DNA of 64,000 nt from Raillietiella orientalis (lineage: Eukaryota), in the NCBI GenBank assembly GCA_036172245.1, contig JAYWIR010000011.1, forward strand, positions 2,480,001 through 2,544,000, written 5' to 3'. The notes beneath the pieces were generated by a model that was not told where the DNA came from, made no database searches, and was given only the letters and a program-made list of their open reading frames with translations. Positions 1 through 13,300 of the stretch are shown here, in pieces; the first letter of the stretch is position 1; each line of letters opens with the position of its first letter. Position numbers and translations under genes: made by a program.

Positions 1-640
1 CTTCCTTCCTTCTCCCGGAGGAGGATCGCCTTCCCGAGCCTTCCCCTCTTGCGTCTGGGAGACACGGTTCCACCCCTCTCCCGGTCCGGGAGCTGGTGCC
101 TTCGCGCTCCCCCACTCCTCGCACCCCTCCTCCGCGACCGCCGAAGCCGAGGCCAACCCCTTCGAAGCGCTCGGGCACTGCTGCCACCAGTATTCGCCTG
201 AATGAAACGCAAGCAATTAGCAAGAACAAAAAAAAAAAAAAAAAAACAAGGGGAGGAGGGGAGGGGCAAAGGGGACTTTTTTGTGTGCCTCTCCCACGAA
301 AGCGCAACCCGAGACGCTTCCTTTGTTTTTTGCCTCTCCCCCCTCCCCTTTTCTTTTTCTTTTTTGCTCCTGCCCCCGGAGAGATGCTTCGAGGTACTCG
401 CTGAAACGCCCCGCGCATCCGAGCGATTGCCGGGAGCTCTGCAGCACCGAATACCCATCCATGGGGAGAGGGGGAGGAGGCAGCAGCCTCCTCCCCGCGA
501 ACTGCGCACCAGCTGCTGCAGCATTCATTCATGCATCCGCCGACGCGTTCCTCTGCCGGTGGAGGCCTGCGTGCCTGGGCTGTGGGGAACGGGAAGAGTG
601 CGCGGGATCCGTGGCAGGCGGGCAGGCGCGGGAGGGGAGG

Positions 641-665
641 TGCTGCTGCTGCTGCTGCTGCTGCT
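641..665. repeat. (TGC)8 microsatellite
   Basis: Read directly. Confidence 0.9.
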
Positions 666-2799
666 ACCCGCCCGCTCCAGGCCGCCCGCGGCTTGGCGCC
701 CGGGAGGGCGGGCGGAGGCGGCCGCAGCAGCAGCGCCTCGACGAAAACGCGGCGTTTTACCGAATCAAAAAAAGCGGGAGGGAGAGAAGGGAGGAAGAGG
801 AAAGCAGCAAGGCAGAAGAAACGTCGGTGGCGAAAGCGCGCGACCGAGGCGAAACGAACGATTCGACGGCGACGGTGGGGCGGAACGTCGGATCCGCCGC
901 TAGGCGCCGGCACGCTCCTTCCATTGTGTTTCCATTCCGGATCCGGTTGTTTATTTTCGTTCCTTCTGCAGAGATCCGCTGTATTTGTGGACCGGCGCAT
1001 CTTGTTTTCGAGTTATTATTAGAGCTCGGTTAGGAGCACCCGCGGAGTGGTGGTTCCGTTCGGACTCGGCAGCCGCTTCCGGAAGAGAACCCTTGGCAAC
1101 CCTTCAAATACGAAAATAAGAACGTAAAGTAAAATGCAACACTAAAACTAAAAAGGGGGGGGGGAAACAGTGCACATGAATCAAAGAGCCATAAAACACG
1201 CACGCACACACACATACACACACAGAATAGATCGCACGGATGGGGGAAGCAGTAGGAGCACCTCGGTGCCCACGTTCCGTACCCGCCGCAGCGCGCGTAT
1301 CCTTCCCCAGTCAGCGCCCTCTCGGAGCGAACCGTCGAACTGCGGAGACCAGCGCGTACGGGAGATACCCATGCACGGATCGGCAACGGCCCTCCGAGTG
1401 CGGGATGCCTCCGCGCGCGCGCGCGAAGGGCGTTTTTCTACGAGAGTCCGGTTGTCTGCCACTCGCGGCTTTTCTCGCCCTGTTCTTCTGCGCGTTCTCT
1501 CTCTCTCTTTTTTCCCTTCTTCCTCTTGGCTTCCTTCTCCTCCCCAGTTTTCTCCTTCCTTTGTTTGCCCCGCGTGCGACTTTCTTCGTCTCCTCGCGTC
1601 CGCGCTCGACGCAACCCGCTTTTTTTTTTTTTCCTCCCCCTTTCGAGGAAACACCCAGGTCGCACGTTACTACGCGCGGCCACGCGTTCGCAGGCGAATC
1701 TCCGTGACGTCACAGAATGCGGTTTTTATGGGAGCACGCGGAAGGGCCGAGGAGGTACCGGCGCAGGGCGGAGCGCTAATGGGATCCGACGTCGCGGTTC
1801 CGCGGGGAAAAGGGGGAAGGAGGGAGCCCCTCTCTTCCTTCCCGACCGATGGATCACTCGGGAAAGAGCACTCCTCGGGAGAGAGGGAAGGAGCGGAAGG
1901 CACCGACCGAACGAGAGGGCACCGGGGTCCGGGGTGGAGGCCCTGCGGCAGGAGCGCCCCCGGCGCCTTCGCTCGCTCTCCGCCTCGGCACCTGGGGCTT
2001 CCTTCCCTTCCTCCCTTTCCAACCAGCTCCACGTGTGCTCGGATCGCGAAGGGCGGAAGGCGGGATTGTCTGGCACAGCCCGGGGCAACGCCCGAAAGCT
2101 GTTGCGTTCGTCTGGACGGGGCACCAGCGCGCGACTCCGTGAGGTGGCAGCGGTCCACGGCGTTGCGACAAGAGTCGCCTTCCCCCGCTCCCCGGAACTG
2201 GTTCCCACGAGCCAAGGAGCACGCTCGTCCTGGAGTCTCCTTGGACTCCAGGACGAGGCACTCGCATCCCTCTTGCCGCCGCCGCCCCTGCTGCTGCTGC
2301 CGTTGAGAGTAGCAGCGGAGGCAGTGGACTCGGCGGAGTCCTTCCTGTCCGCCCGCCTCCTCCTCCTGCCGATAGGCGGGATTCTTCGTCCCGGATCCCT
2401 GCGGCAGCCGGCGCTCCTTCCCGCCTTTCTTCCCCCCGGCGGCGGCGCCGCCGAAGGGGAGAAGCAGCGCTCCCCAACGGCCTCGGGACGGGCACGAGGC
2501 CGCGGCGGCGGTCTGCTTCTAGCCGCCGCCTCCAGGTCTCGGAGGCGCCATCGCCAGTCGGCGCTCGGGTGCGCCCCTGCCCGCCTTCCTTCCTTCCTTC
2601 CCGTATCCGGAGCGCGAGGCGCGGCCGCTGTAATTGCCAGGAATTTCTTCTGCGCGCGGTCCGCACGGAGCGTTCCCACACCACAAACAAGGCCGCGTTT
2701 CCCATGGAAACGAGAGATGAGAGCGGGCGGGGAAGGACGCCGGACCGCTCTCGCAGCAGCGCAATTAGCGGGACGACGCGCGCGCCGCTGTGCGGAGAT

Positions 2800-2823
2800 G
2801 CCGCCGCCGCCGCCGCCGCCGCC
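2800..2823. repeat. (GCC)8 microsatellite
   Basis: Read directly. Confidence 0.9.
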
Positions 2824-5552
2824 TTCTTCTCGTTGCTCCCTCCCTCCCTTCCCACCACCACCAGCAGCAGCGGCGCCGTCGCAGCCGCCACCCGTACCCG
2901 GACTCCCCTGGTTCTCTCCCCCGGGGCGCCACGGAGACTCTGCTCCTCCCCTCCCCCCCGTCACGGCGGAGGCCGCCGCCTCGGCCACTGACGTGCCGGG
3001 CGCCCTCACGACCTCGGCTTGAAGGACGGGCGTCCCGACGTGTACGCCGTCCCTTCGGCGCGGAGGGTAGTCACGCCAAGCCCCCTCCCCCACCAGCCAG
3101 CCTTCGTTACCGGCACCTCCCACGGGCCCACTGCCGTCGCTCACGGGAGGCTCCAGCCGAGGGTGCCCGGCACGCCGGCGAGCTGGCAAGAGGCAGGATT
3201 GGAGGCCAGCGAAGGCCTCGCTGCCCCCCAGACAGGCGAAGTAGTGTCCTCTTCTGCTGTCCGGAGATGCACCCCGGAGCTCCGGGGAAGGAGGAAGCGA
3301 GAGGCGCCCCACCCGCCGGGGCCTGCGAGATTCCCGGGACAAGACCATCAAGGAACGGAATATCCAGGAACGGAAGAGGGCGCTGTCGCGGGTCCCCTCC
3401 GAGGTACGAGTCAACCCCTCGACGAAGGCAGGACTCCGCGCCAAGGAGAGTCGTCTCGCCCCCCCTCACCGCCTCCGCCATCGTGAGGCGCCACCATCTC
3501 CACTGACTCTGGGCACTGCGCTTGCCAGCTCGCAGCCTCTGGCCCGAGGGTACGCCCTCCCTCCCGGAGCAGTGAGGGCGATGAATGGGACGACGATCCC
3601 CCAGCGCGGGAAGGCAGCCAACCGGTGGCGCACACCCACGCCGCCGTCCGATCGTTCCAAGGGTCCGAGGCGAGAAATGGAAGCTTCCCTGCTGGTGCTT
3701 GCTGGCGCCGTCCCTCTGGAACAGCGATGGGCGCGATCCCTCCGCGCCCGCCTCCTTGACTCCAGGAACAGGAAGAGGAGGCGGTGAGGAACCTCTCCCG
3801 ACCTCTCTCGTGCCTCGTACGCGCAGCTTCCTCCCCCACCGTCCCAACTCTGTTCCCTATCAAACGGCGCTGCCATCCGACGCCTTCCCCCTTCGTCCCG
3901 GGCGCATCCCGCCCGCTCGCGGCCGGACACGGCCGACTGTGGAGCCCCCGCTGCCCTCGCCTGATGCCGCCACGTCCTCACGTCCCGGATGGTCCATTTC
4001 TTGGGACAAACCCTTGCACTCCTCGTCTTTTCGTTCCTACGACCCCCGTGGCAGAAAGGGGATCCCCATTACCAGTTCCCACGGTCCCTCCTGCGTACTC
4101 GGAGGCCAAGCGCAGCCGGCAGGATGCTTCCGGCGTCACTGGTGGCGAGCTCGGGACGGGTTCCCGGAAGGACTTCAAAGGGCCCCTCCCTTTCGAATCC
4201 TGGGCAGGAGGTGGCTCCCTCTGCTGCGCGCTGCCTACGACTTCCCGCCGGGGAGGGAAGGGGGGGGCAAAGGGACCCGCTGCTGCTGCTGGCGCTTCTG
4301 CGGCGTGGTCTCTCCCGAACGGCGGCAGTGCCTTTTGCTTCCAGGAGCGTGCTGGAGGACTCCCGGGAGGTCCTTCGTGAGATGCAAGTGCTTGGATCGC
4401 ACGTCGGAATCTTCCGGTTGCCTCCGCGCGTCAGGTGCTGGAGAAAGGAGAGCTGGACCGAGGGCTCCGGGGCGCTCTTCCCCTGCGGCGACTGACGGGC
4501 GGGGGAGTCACCCGCCGAAGAGTCCTTCTCGCACGTGGGGGGAAGGCAGGCAGAAGGGGGGAGAAGTGTTGGGGTTGGGCAGCTCAGTTTTCAGGCTGCC
4601 GAAGAGACCCACAAGAGACGAATGCGCCAGGCAGCGTCCTGCTGCCGTTAGGCGGTGCCTCCACTGTGCCCTCGGCTACTCCTCGGTCTCGTAGATGAGC
4701 TCTTCTTCTTCCTTTGGAAGCGCACACCTCCTGGAGGAAGGAAGAAGGTCGACCGCACTCGGGAAGCGAAGAGAATGGTGGAATGATGGCCGCCACCGAG
4801 GAGGAGGAATGCAGGAGCAATGCCGCTCCCGTCAGGAGAGAACCCAGGCGGGAAGTAGGGAGGGCTTCCCCTGCCCCTTCTTCCTCTTCGACCGCACCCT
4901 CCGCGGCACTGGGAAGGCGAGCTTGGAGAACGCACCGATGGGGAGGGGAGAGATAGCGAGTGCTCTCAGCATCCGAGATCAATGGAGCCAGAGGGCCTTC
5001 GGAACGAGGCCGTCCCACCACGAGGGGTGAGGGCGGCGATAGACGCAGATCTCCCGAGCGCTCTTCTTCTAAGGGGGGATGGCAGCCCTTCAGCCTCTCC
5101 TACCTTCGGTGAAGAAAGCGTGAGACACCGGGGGGAGGGGAGGAAGTTCCAAGGGAACTCCTGTGATTTGTGAAAAGGTGAGGGAACGACCCTGCTTGAA
5201 GGCGGATGTTTCCTGTCGGAAGGCTGAGAGGCAGGAAGTGCGTGGACCAGCCCCGGAGGCAGAAAAGAGATGAATGAAAAGAACGGAAAAAAGGAACGCA
5301 GACGAAAAGATCTTCTTCCTCTCTCCCTTTCTTCCTCCTTCACCTCTTCCCCTCTTCCTCCTCCTCTCCCTCCCTCCTCCTCTTCCTCTTCTCCCTCCCC
5401 TCTTGCTCCTCCTCCTCATGTCCCCCGCCGATTCGTGAGCGGCGGCGGCACAGCGCGAAGGTCACGTGCGGTGGTCCGTGCCGGCAGCGGGAAGTGACCC
5501 GAAGCTTTCGGCGCGCGTCAACGAGACCCACAGAGAAATTATCATGAATGAT

Positions 5553-5603
5553 GCAGCAGCAGCAGCAGCGGCGGCGGCGGCGACGACGGCGACAGCGGCA
5601 GCA
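5553..5603. repeat. Compound (GCA)n(GCG)n(ACG)n trinucleotide microsatellite
   Basis: Read directly. Confidence 0.85.
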
Positions 5604-5699
5604 CGCGAGCCGCGGCTCCGAAGACGCGCTCGGCGGGGGAGCAACAACGCCTGCTGATGATGCAGCCGAGCTCTCGCGGGCGCGCAGAGCATCCACATC

Positions 5700-7235
5700 G
5701 GGCCGGCGCGTGCTTATCCCGCTTGCCTCCTTCGATCCCTCCGGCGGGGCTTCGCGCGCCTCCTGGGGACGCAGACCGTTTCCCTCGTCTGCATGAAGTG
5801 TTCTCTTCAAGGAGGCGCTTCCTCAGGAAGGCGGAGGCGTCTCGCGGAGCGGAAGGTGCGCCTGCCCCGTCGCTCGGCAACCGCTCCCCTCCCACCTGCT
5901 TCCGTACCATCCATGGCAGCGATTCGCAGAAGGGGTGGAGAGCAGGAAGGCCCTGCCCTGCGCTGGGAGCAATCCCTGCCCGGCCTTCGGGAAAGCCGTT
6001 CGATGCGGACGATGATGATGGCAATGACGCCATCTTGACGGCGATCGATATGAAGGGGCTCTTCCTCCCCACTGCACCCCTCTTTTGCGCGTGCGCATGC
6101 GTTGGCCATCGCAGGCAGGGGTGTCTCAGCCCCCCCTGCTCTCTAATAACCCGGCAACGGCCTCCCCTGAGGGGGGAATTCATCGGTCGCCCTATCGGCG
6201 TCGTACCCTCAGGAGCCGCGCGCGCGTCCTCGCGGGAGTGGGGTGGGATGCAGGCGAGGAAGAGACGAGAGGGGAGGAAGGGTCGCACGAGAGGGAGGAG
6301 GAGGAGGCCACAGTGGGGAGCGTCGCTCGCTCCTGAGAGCCAGCCGAGGGGACGGCAGCGCCGTGAGTCGCCTGCGCGCGTGCTCTGGGTGCAGCTGCGC
6401 CAGGACCGCAAGCGCACCTCCTGGGAGAAGCCGTGGGGGCGGGTCGATTCCCTCCTTCGCCCTCCCTACCTCCCAGGGTCCTCCGCCGCTCTCAGAGGCT
6501 CCTCCTTCCCCGAGCGGGTCAAGCGTTACGTGCGAAACTCCCCAAGCCTTTCGCATGTGACCGCTCGAGGTCACGCCATTTAATTCCTAATTATCAACGT
6601 TTGCTTTGTGTTGCCATGGCAGCAAAAAAAAAAAAAAATAATAAAAGGAAGAAAGAAAAAGATGCGATAGTGGCTAGCGGTGCCATCGCGAGTGCCGACG
6701 GCGCTTCCGGTTCCTCCAGGGGCCGTCCGCGAGGAGGACGAGGGATAGGAAGGTTGGAGGAGTGCCATGCGCCCGCCGGGTTCCGCCGCGTAGGGAGAGG
6801 GACAAAGCCTGGCTTTTCCCGCCATCACCACTTCCCTCGGCCCTCGGGGGCGGCAGCGTTTGCCGGGCCCATCCACCCTTCCCGGTCCTTCCCAGCAGCT
6901 CTCCGGTCGCACACCCCGGGGCTCCCCTCCTTCCCCTGCCCGGGGTAGGCTCTTAGCGAGTGCGTCGAGCGTCGGGAGAGCGCATGGCGTTTCGGGACCA
7001 GGGCATTTCGCAGTCGTAGGCGGCACTCCTTTCCTCCTCTCCCTTCTCCACCCGCGTCTGCCCCGCGCCAACGTCGAGGAGCAGCAAAGGAAGGGAAGGG
7101 AGGGGAGGAGAGGAAAGGATGCTGAATAATCCGAGATAATTGCGGCCGATCCCATCGAGGAGGCTTCCGGTGAGAGCGGCTGAGGGTGGGGCCGGCGCGT
7201 GCTTATCCCTCTTGCCTCCTTCAATCCCTCCGGCG
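5700..7235 (+). repeat. 47-bp direct repeat pair (5700-5746 and 7189-7235)
   Basis: gggccggcgcgtgcttatccc[g/t]cttgcctccttc[g/a]atccctccggcg, 2 mismatches. Confidence 0.9.
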
Positions 7236-7369
7236 ACCCCCATTAAAAATAACAGCAGAGACCGCAGGTGAGGCGTGTCCGAGGGTTCCCCCCTCCTCCC
7301 CTCTCTGACCAGTCCTCTGACCCTTCTCTTTTCCCTTGCCCTTGCCCCTTCGTCGAGATGAAAAGGGAA

Positions 7370-9870
7370 GGTGACGGTAGACCACGGGGATCGAAGACCC
7401 TCCTACCCGGTCAATACGGAGCGCTGCCGCTCCAACAAGGGCCAAGAGATGGCGGCGGCGCTGTTGAGGTGGAACAGTGGGACGGTTGAGAGGAAAAATG
7501 AGGGATCCTTGGAAAGGAGTACCTTTCTCTCTCTTGACTTCGCCGGAGAACGCTATCGTGCGCCAGCGCCAAATGGACCCCCTCATTCGGCGGTTCCTCG
7601 GGCGATCCCTTCCTGGCGCCTCGAGGAGCGGTCACGGGGCGACTGCACAATTCGCCGCCTCCGGGCAAGTACGGTGCAACCCCGGAGAGCACGGCGGTCC
7701 TTCGGCTGCACCACGGAGGCGGAGCGGACCTCAGCCATGGCTCTCTCCCCCTACTCCCTCCACCCCTCGACCCTCACACCCCACGCCTTCCCTTCAATCG
7801 GACGCAGGAGCGAAATCTTTCTCGGGGAGGCGAGCCGGATGGAAGGGGAAGGCGTGGGCCTCTTGCCCCCAGAGTGGACCCTCTCCCTGCGGCACCTCCT
7901 CGCTCCGCATCTGAGGGGAGGAAGGGAGGGATCGGGAATGTCACGACCACGAGAAGAAGCCGGCTTCCGGAACGAGACGGAGCGAGTAGGATCATCCAGG
8001 CTGCGTCACCGCCGGCGAAAGCCTTGCGCCCGGAAACGGCTGCAGGCTCCTGGGGAGAGGGGAAAGGAGGTCCTCAGGTCGAGAGGGAGGAGACGGGCGC
8101 CCGCTCCTCCCGTCCGTTGCTCCGGACAACGCAGCCTCCCGCGAGCACGACCGGCGGCCGCCTGCGCCTCCTGGTGAGCGCCTGCTCCTCTCCGCGGGCG
8201 AAGAGGCGTCCTCCCTGCCCCCCTGGAGCGATCTCAACCGCCGCACCGCCGGCGTCTCTCCGTGGGAGCGTCCGCGAGACAAGGAGCGGCGGAGGACCCC
8301 CCAGTGGGCCCCTTCCGGGACCCGGTCCCTCGGGGGCGAAGGGTGGGCAGGTTGCTGGCCCTCCGGAAGAAGAAGAGACCTCGGAACGTGAGGAGCACCG
8401 CGCGCAAATGGGCACGCTAAAAAGGGTCGGAGTCCCTTCGTTCCGAGTGTGGCGAGACGAGCGGGAAGGGGCGCACTGGGGCACCCACCGCGCGCGTTCT
8501 TGAGGAGGCCCGAGGCGGGAGTTCGCGTTGGAGTCCGTGGATGCCGGCGGAAGGGGAAAGGAGGATCAGGGGCAGATCCTTTTGGGCTGAATCCTGCTCC
8601 CGAGCCCACGGAGGGGCTCCGCGGGCTAATCTCGCATTCACGGAGCGTGCCCGCTGCAGCGGCGGTAGCCCCGCGGAGACGCGAGCTGTCTGCTGCTCTC
8701 CCTCAAGCGGGTTGCCATGGGAACCTATCCGCCCGGCGCCTCCGGTCGTCAGCAGGCAGGCGGCGACCGGGGAGGCACCACCCCGCCAGTTTCCCGGACG
8801 ATCCCCACGGGAGAGCGTCCATTCCCTCGATCCCTGCCGTCCCCGTGGGGACCGAGAGGGGTGCGCGTCCTCTCGTCCTCCATCCGGAGCCACCCCTTGA
8901 GAGGAAGTCGCGACGCCCCTCCTTCCTCCTCGGAGTCGCGCCTCAGGGCACATTATTTCCTCCCTGCTGAGCTGCGCGCGGGGAAGGGTCGCCGACGTTC
9001 GCGCGCCAGGAAGGGTTGGGAAGTCCCGGTCCGTCGCCCCTGGGCTGATTCCCCCGATCGGTCCCGTTTCTGGGGCTTCCGCTACGACCCACTGTACGAC
9101 GGCGTCGCCGACCGGGCTCCCTAGGCAACCCGGAGGAGGATGCTCAGGCAGCGCCCCTGGCTGTTGCCACAACGACCGGAAGCCGCGGCGAAACCGGATG
9201 GAGGGGCGTCGTCGACTGCGCATCTCCGGCCCCCGCCACTTTCCCCTGGGGCGCTCCAGGCGGAGGGCATGTCCTCTGAGGACGCGCCGAACCTCTGCTG
9301 ATCTCCAAGCGGCGCCACGAGTCTCTGCGCTCGGGTCCCCCCTTCCAGACGCGCCGCGTCGTTGCCCCCCCCGGGACTTCTCTTCCGTCCTTGGAACCTG
9401 GTCAACCCCGCGCTTCCGCAGCCTGCAGGAACGCATGCGTGCTGCAGGCGCTCTCAGGAGGAAGCGAAAAAGATGGCGCTCCTTCCGCTCGTCCCAGCAT
9501 TCCGGGAGCAGATATCCGGTAGGAGGCGGGAGGATCCAGCGTGTTGCGCTGGAAGGAAGAGGCAGAGAAGGCCGAATCGCCTCTCCGCAGGTCCAGCGCC
9601 TCTCTCTCGTGGAAACTTCACGCCATGGGGTGAGGTCGCCCTATCTCGGCTCAAAGGGGAGGAAAGCCGGCACAAGGAGCGCTCTCTTGCGGCGGCCACC
9701 CCTTCTAAGGGTCGCACGGGAAGTCCTCGGACGAGTCTTCCGGGAGACGAGCTGTCGGAAACGGAGGCAGAGCCGTTCCTCACCCATTGCCACGCCGACC
9801 TCCCTTTCCTCCGCATTCCTCCGGAGTCCGATCGAGGATCTCGGACTGCGAATACCAAGGGAAAGGTTAG
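7370..9870 (+). mobile_element. Putative highly decayed, GC-shifted L1/Tx1-like RT fossil
   Basis: Motif remnants in order across frames: LLPGQYGALP (QxGF), FLSLDF (LDxxKAFD), ALSPYSL (PLSPLL), KRWRS, PIEDLGLRIP (LPxxxGGLGIP). By eye only. Confidence 0.3.
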
Positions 9871-12629
9871 GCAGCAGCAGAAGCCGCAGCCTCTCCTCCC
9901 CTCCGCTGATCCCTTTTCCCGTTTCCGCGTACGCCACCCCTCTCCCTCCCGGAGGCATGGCGGGGGAAGAGGGACGAAGGGTCCTCTCCGATGCGGATAC
10001 GCGAGGCAATGATGCAGGGGCGTTCCTCTTCTTCCTCTCCTCCCCAAAAAGGAAGGGGATCGATCATTCTTAGCTTCCTGGGTCCTCTAGAGGTGGTCAG
10101 GAAACTCGAGGTCGCGTGCAACCGGGAGAGCGGCCCTTTGGCTCCCTGCGCACCGCGATGGCAGAAGGGATCTCATCCGGAAGCCGCCTCCTCCCCGGGA
10201 GGAACTCCTCTCCGGGCAGGGAGGGCTGCCTCTCGAAGCTGACCCATATGGGAGCTGCGGCGGGACGCCCCGCGTTACCCCTTCCAGAGGGAATGCACGG
10301 GTCCCGCCCTATCGTGTATCGCGCGCGGACCAGCCCAGGGTGGCCAGGCAACTTCCGAACCGATCCGATCTTGTTCGGGTTTCCAGGCAATGCACTCTCC
10401 TTATCGCACCCGCGCGCACGCGCGCGCGCGCTCCCGGGCGGTCTGCGAGGCCACCGCGGCTTTTTTCTTCTTCCTCTGCCCTTTCGCCGCTCTCCCGGAA
10501 AGGCCGCGGGCATCCGGTTCCAGAGGCCGGACGCTGCTGCTGCCGCCGCCGCCCACCGCGGGTGGCTCAGGAGGCGGATGCGCACCCGCCGGGAAGGCGA
10601 CCTCTTCGTTGTGGATCCTCTTCCCGCGCGTCTCCGTTAGGGTAGCGTCCTCCACTTCAGCCGCCTCTTCCCTTGAAAGTGGGGGGGGAAGGGAAGAAGG
10701 AAGTAGAGGACGCGCTCCCTATTCACGGAGGCGTGGCAGATGCGCTGCTCCTCGAAAGCGGGGGCGGTAGACACTGGCTGGCTGGGCGGGACCACCCGAA
10801 CGTCCCGTCCGGCGGTTCCACGGGGGTCCCACCTGCAGGACTCCGCCGTTCCGATCCCTCTGGGGTGCTTGGAGTTGGCCCCCAAGGATCCACGCGCACT
10901 CTGCCCGTCCCTCGAAGACATAGGCGCGCGCAGCACGCCTGTGCTCCGGGCAGGCGAACTGGCGAACGCATGTGCTGGGCGGGAATGAGCACAGCATGGA
11001 AGAGGCGGGAACACAGGGACAGAGAGGGAAGAGGACTCACCACTTTCCCCCGTCGGTCACAGAGGGGGTGCCACCCCGCATTCCCGGAAGTTCCGAGCTT
11101 CCCTCCCTCCTCTACTCCTCGTCTCTCCCCGCCAGGATCCCTCGGGAAACGCTCCTGTCTACTGGAGGACTCCCCTTCCCCGTCCTCCGGGACCCCGGAG
11201 CTCCCTGATCGGAACGCCTGGTCACCGCCACGTTGCGATCCGGAACCTGCGGCAGATTCTCAGGGGAAATCGGTACCCCTGCACCTGGCAGCATGCGCAT
11301 TCGATGTGTTCCCTATTCCGTTCCTTTTCCTCTTCGTGGTCACGGTGTCGGGATGCGAGATCCCCTCCTGCGGGGGAGTGAAGGCGCGGAAGGCAACGCC
11401 AGAGGGCATTTTTTTTCCTGCCTGCGAGGTGACCCAGCTGCTCGGAAAACAGGGATAGGGGAGAGGAAACTTCCAGCGTTTTTCTCCGTGTGCGCACGGG
11501 GGATGGGGGTGGGAGGTGAAGGTGGAACTCGCAGTAATCGATGCACTCGACCTTCTCCCTTCGCTCCCTTTGTTTCCGGGACTTCGGCTCTCTCCAGCAG
11601 GTCCGGCGGTAGCGAGAAGGGGTGGGAGGGTCTGGGTGAGGTCATCTGGGAAACGAGGAGGAAGTCTCCTTCCCCTCCCTGCCCTGCCGTGGGTTGGTCA
11701 CGGGGAGCCGGCCACTTTCCCCTTGAGGGAGTGGAATGGGGCTCGCGCAAGGACCCTACTCTCGATAGCGGGGTGAAAGCAGCCCCCCACTCCTGAGACG
11801 GGGTCGGAGGCGACGGAGGGACGCTGCCTCGGGAGCCGGAAAAAGCATCGAGTTAGGCGGTTGGCTGCTGATCGATCTTCGAATGGACCATTTGCCCACG
11901 GGGGCAGGAGGGAATGAGAGGAGGCTGTGGAGCGCTTCCTTCCGGTGAGCGACTCGTGTCAGCCGCCGGTGTGCGTGAGATCCGGGATGGGGGAGCCATC
12001 AGGAAGATGATATCAGATAGATAGAAAGAAGAGGAACAAGAAGGGGGAGGGAGGAGGAAGCGAGCCCTCCTGACTATGGCCTTGCTCACGGGCAGTATCG
12101 CCGCCGCTGAACGTCAGGGAGGCGCGATTATTGCTAGTTGAAAACTACGGCCTGCCCCCTACTTCCCTGCCCCACCCTCTGCTCCCCATCAGGCTGATCC
12201 GCCGGACCGGCGCGCGTGCGTTCGCGACCGGGACTTCCTCCTCGTCCGTCCATCCCTTGCTCCCTGGTCGGAGCTGTAGCCAGGCCTGTGGGAAGAAGAA
12301 GGAATTCAGGAAAGACGCGCCAGCCCAGGGCAGGGAGCGGACGCTCCTGACGAGTGCTGGGGTCTGGGGTCGGCCGCCTGAGCTCACGCATGCCCGGAAG
12401 GAAGTGAGCAAGGGAAGGAGGGGTCCCTTCGCGAAGCACCCCAGACGCCGTCACGAGTGGACGCGGAGCGCGCAGGGGAGTCGAGAGGCGCGGTGGGGGA
12501 CCACGGGAGCAGCTCGGGGCGGAAACATCATCCCCGGTATGCGAGAAGAAACGGGGAAGGGGAGGAGAAGGAAAATCCCGACAGGTCATGGGAGGAAATC
12601 TCCCTTTTCCTCCTCCTAGCTCCCAGCAA

Positions 12630-13300
12630 GCGGGCACTGCTAATCCCCCTCGGGCGAACTGGACGGAGGGCTCGAATTCCCTCCCGCCTTCCCGGTAACC
12701 GGATGCGGCCTACGCGTGTCTTCCAGACGACGCCGGATCTGCCGCGCGTTCCACGGGCACGCGGGGATGTGACGCATGGAGGGTAGCGGGAAGAGGACGG
12801 AGACTTCCCTCCCCTCCCCTCCGGCCGGAAGTAGTAGTAGCAGCGGGAGGGGTTGCCTCCCTCGCTTCCTGGGGGTGGCCGAGAAACCTGAGGTTGTGAG
12901 CGGCCGGACCGCGATAGCAGGAGGGGGGAGGACATCCGGCAGCAGCCACCTCTCCCGGGAAGGATCCTCCTCCGGTCTGCCCGGGGTACCGACTTCCTCC
13001 TCCCCCGAGCTCTCTTTGACGGAAGCCACGGTGCGGGGTGGTGGTGGACTTCTCTGATGCTCACCCTTCTCCCTCCGGAACGGCTAGGAAGGAAGAAGCA
13101 AGAGAAGGAGGAGGAGAAAAGGGAAGGAGGGGAGCGATCCTTCCCTTCGGAGGAGGGCGCAGAACCTTCAGGGAACGGAGGGGCGGGGAAAGGTCGCTTC
13201 GTACCCCTCTGCCAGCCTCTTCTCCCCGTCTCTGGACCGGTGGGACTGCAGACACTCGGAAGTATCTCGTCGGTCCTTTCGACGCTTCTTCCCGGAATGA
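12630..13300 (+). mobile_element. Putative decayed non-LTR RT fossil
   Basis: Remnants LLIP..GNRMRP (LIPK..NYRP), GVPTSS (GVPQGS), DFSD (FADD), RKYLVGPFD (KYLGVxFD) in order. By eye only. Confidence 0.25.

Noticed and set aside
950..1120. Strong-looking 3' splice acceptor (tttcgttccttctgcag) at ~971
   Set aside because: The downstream frames give no recognisable protein and no partner exon could be assigned
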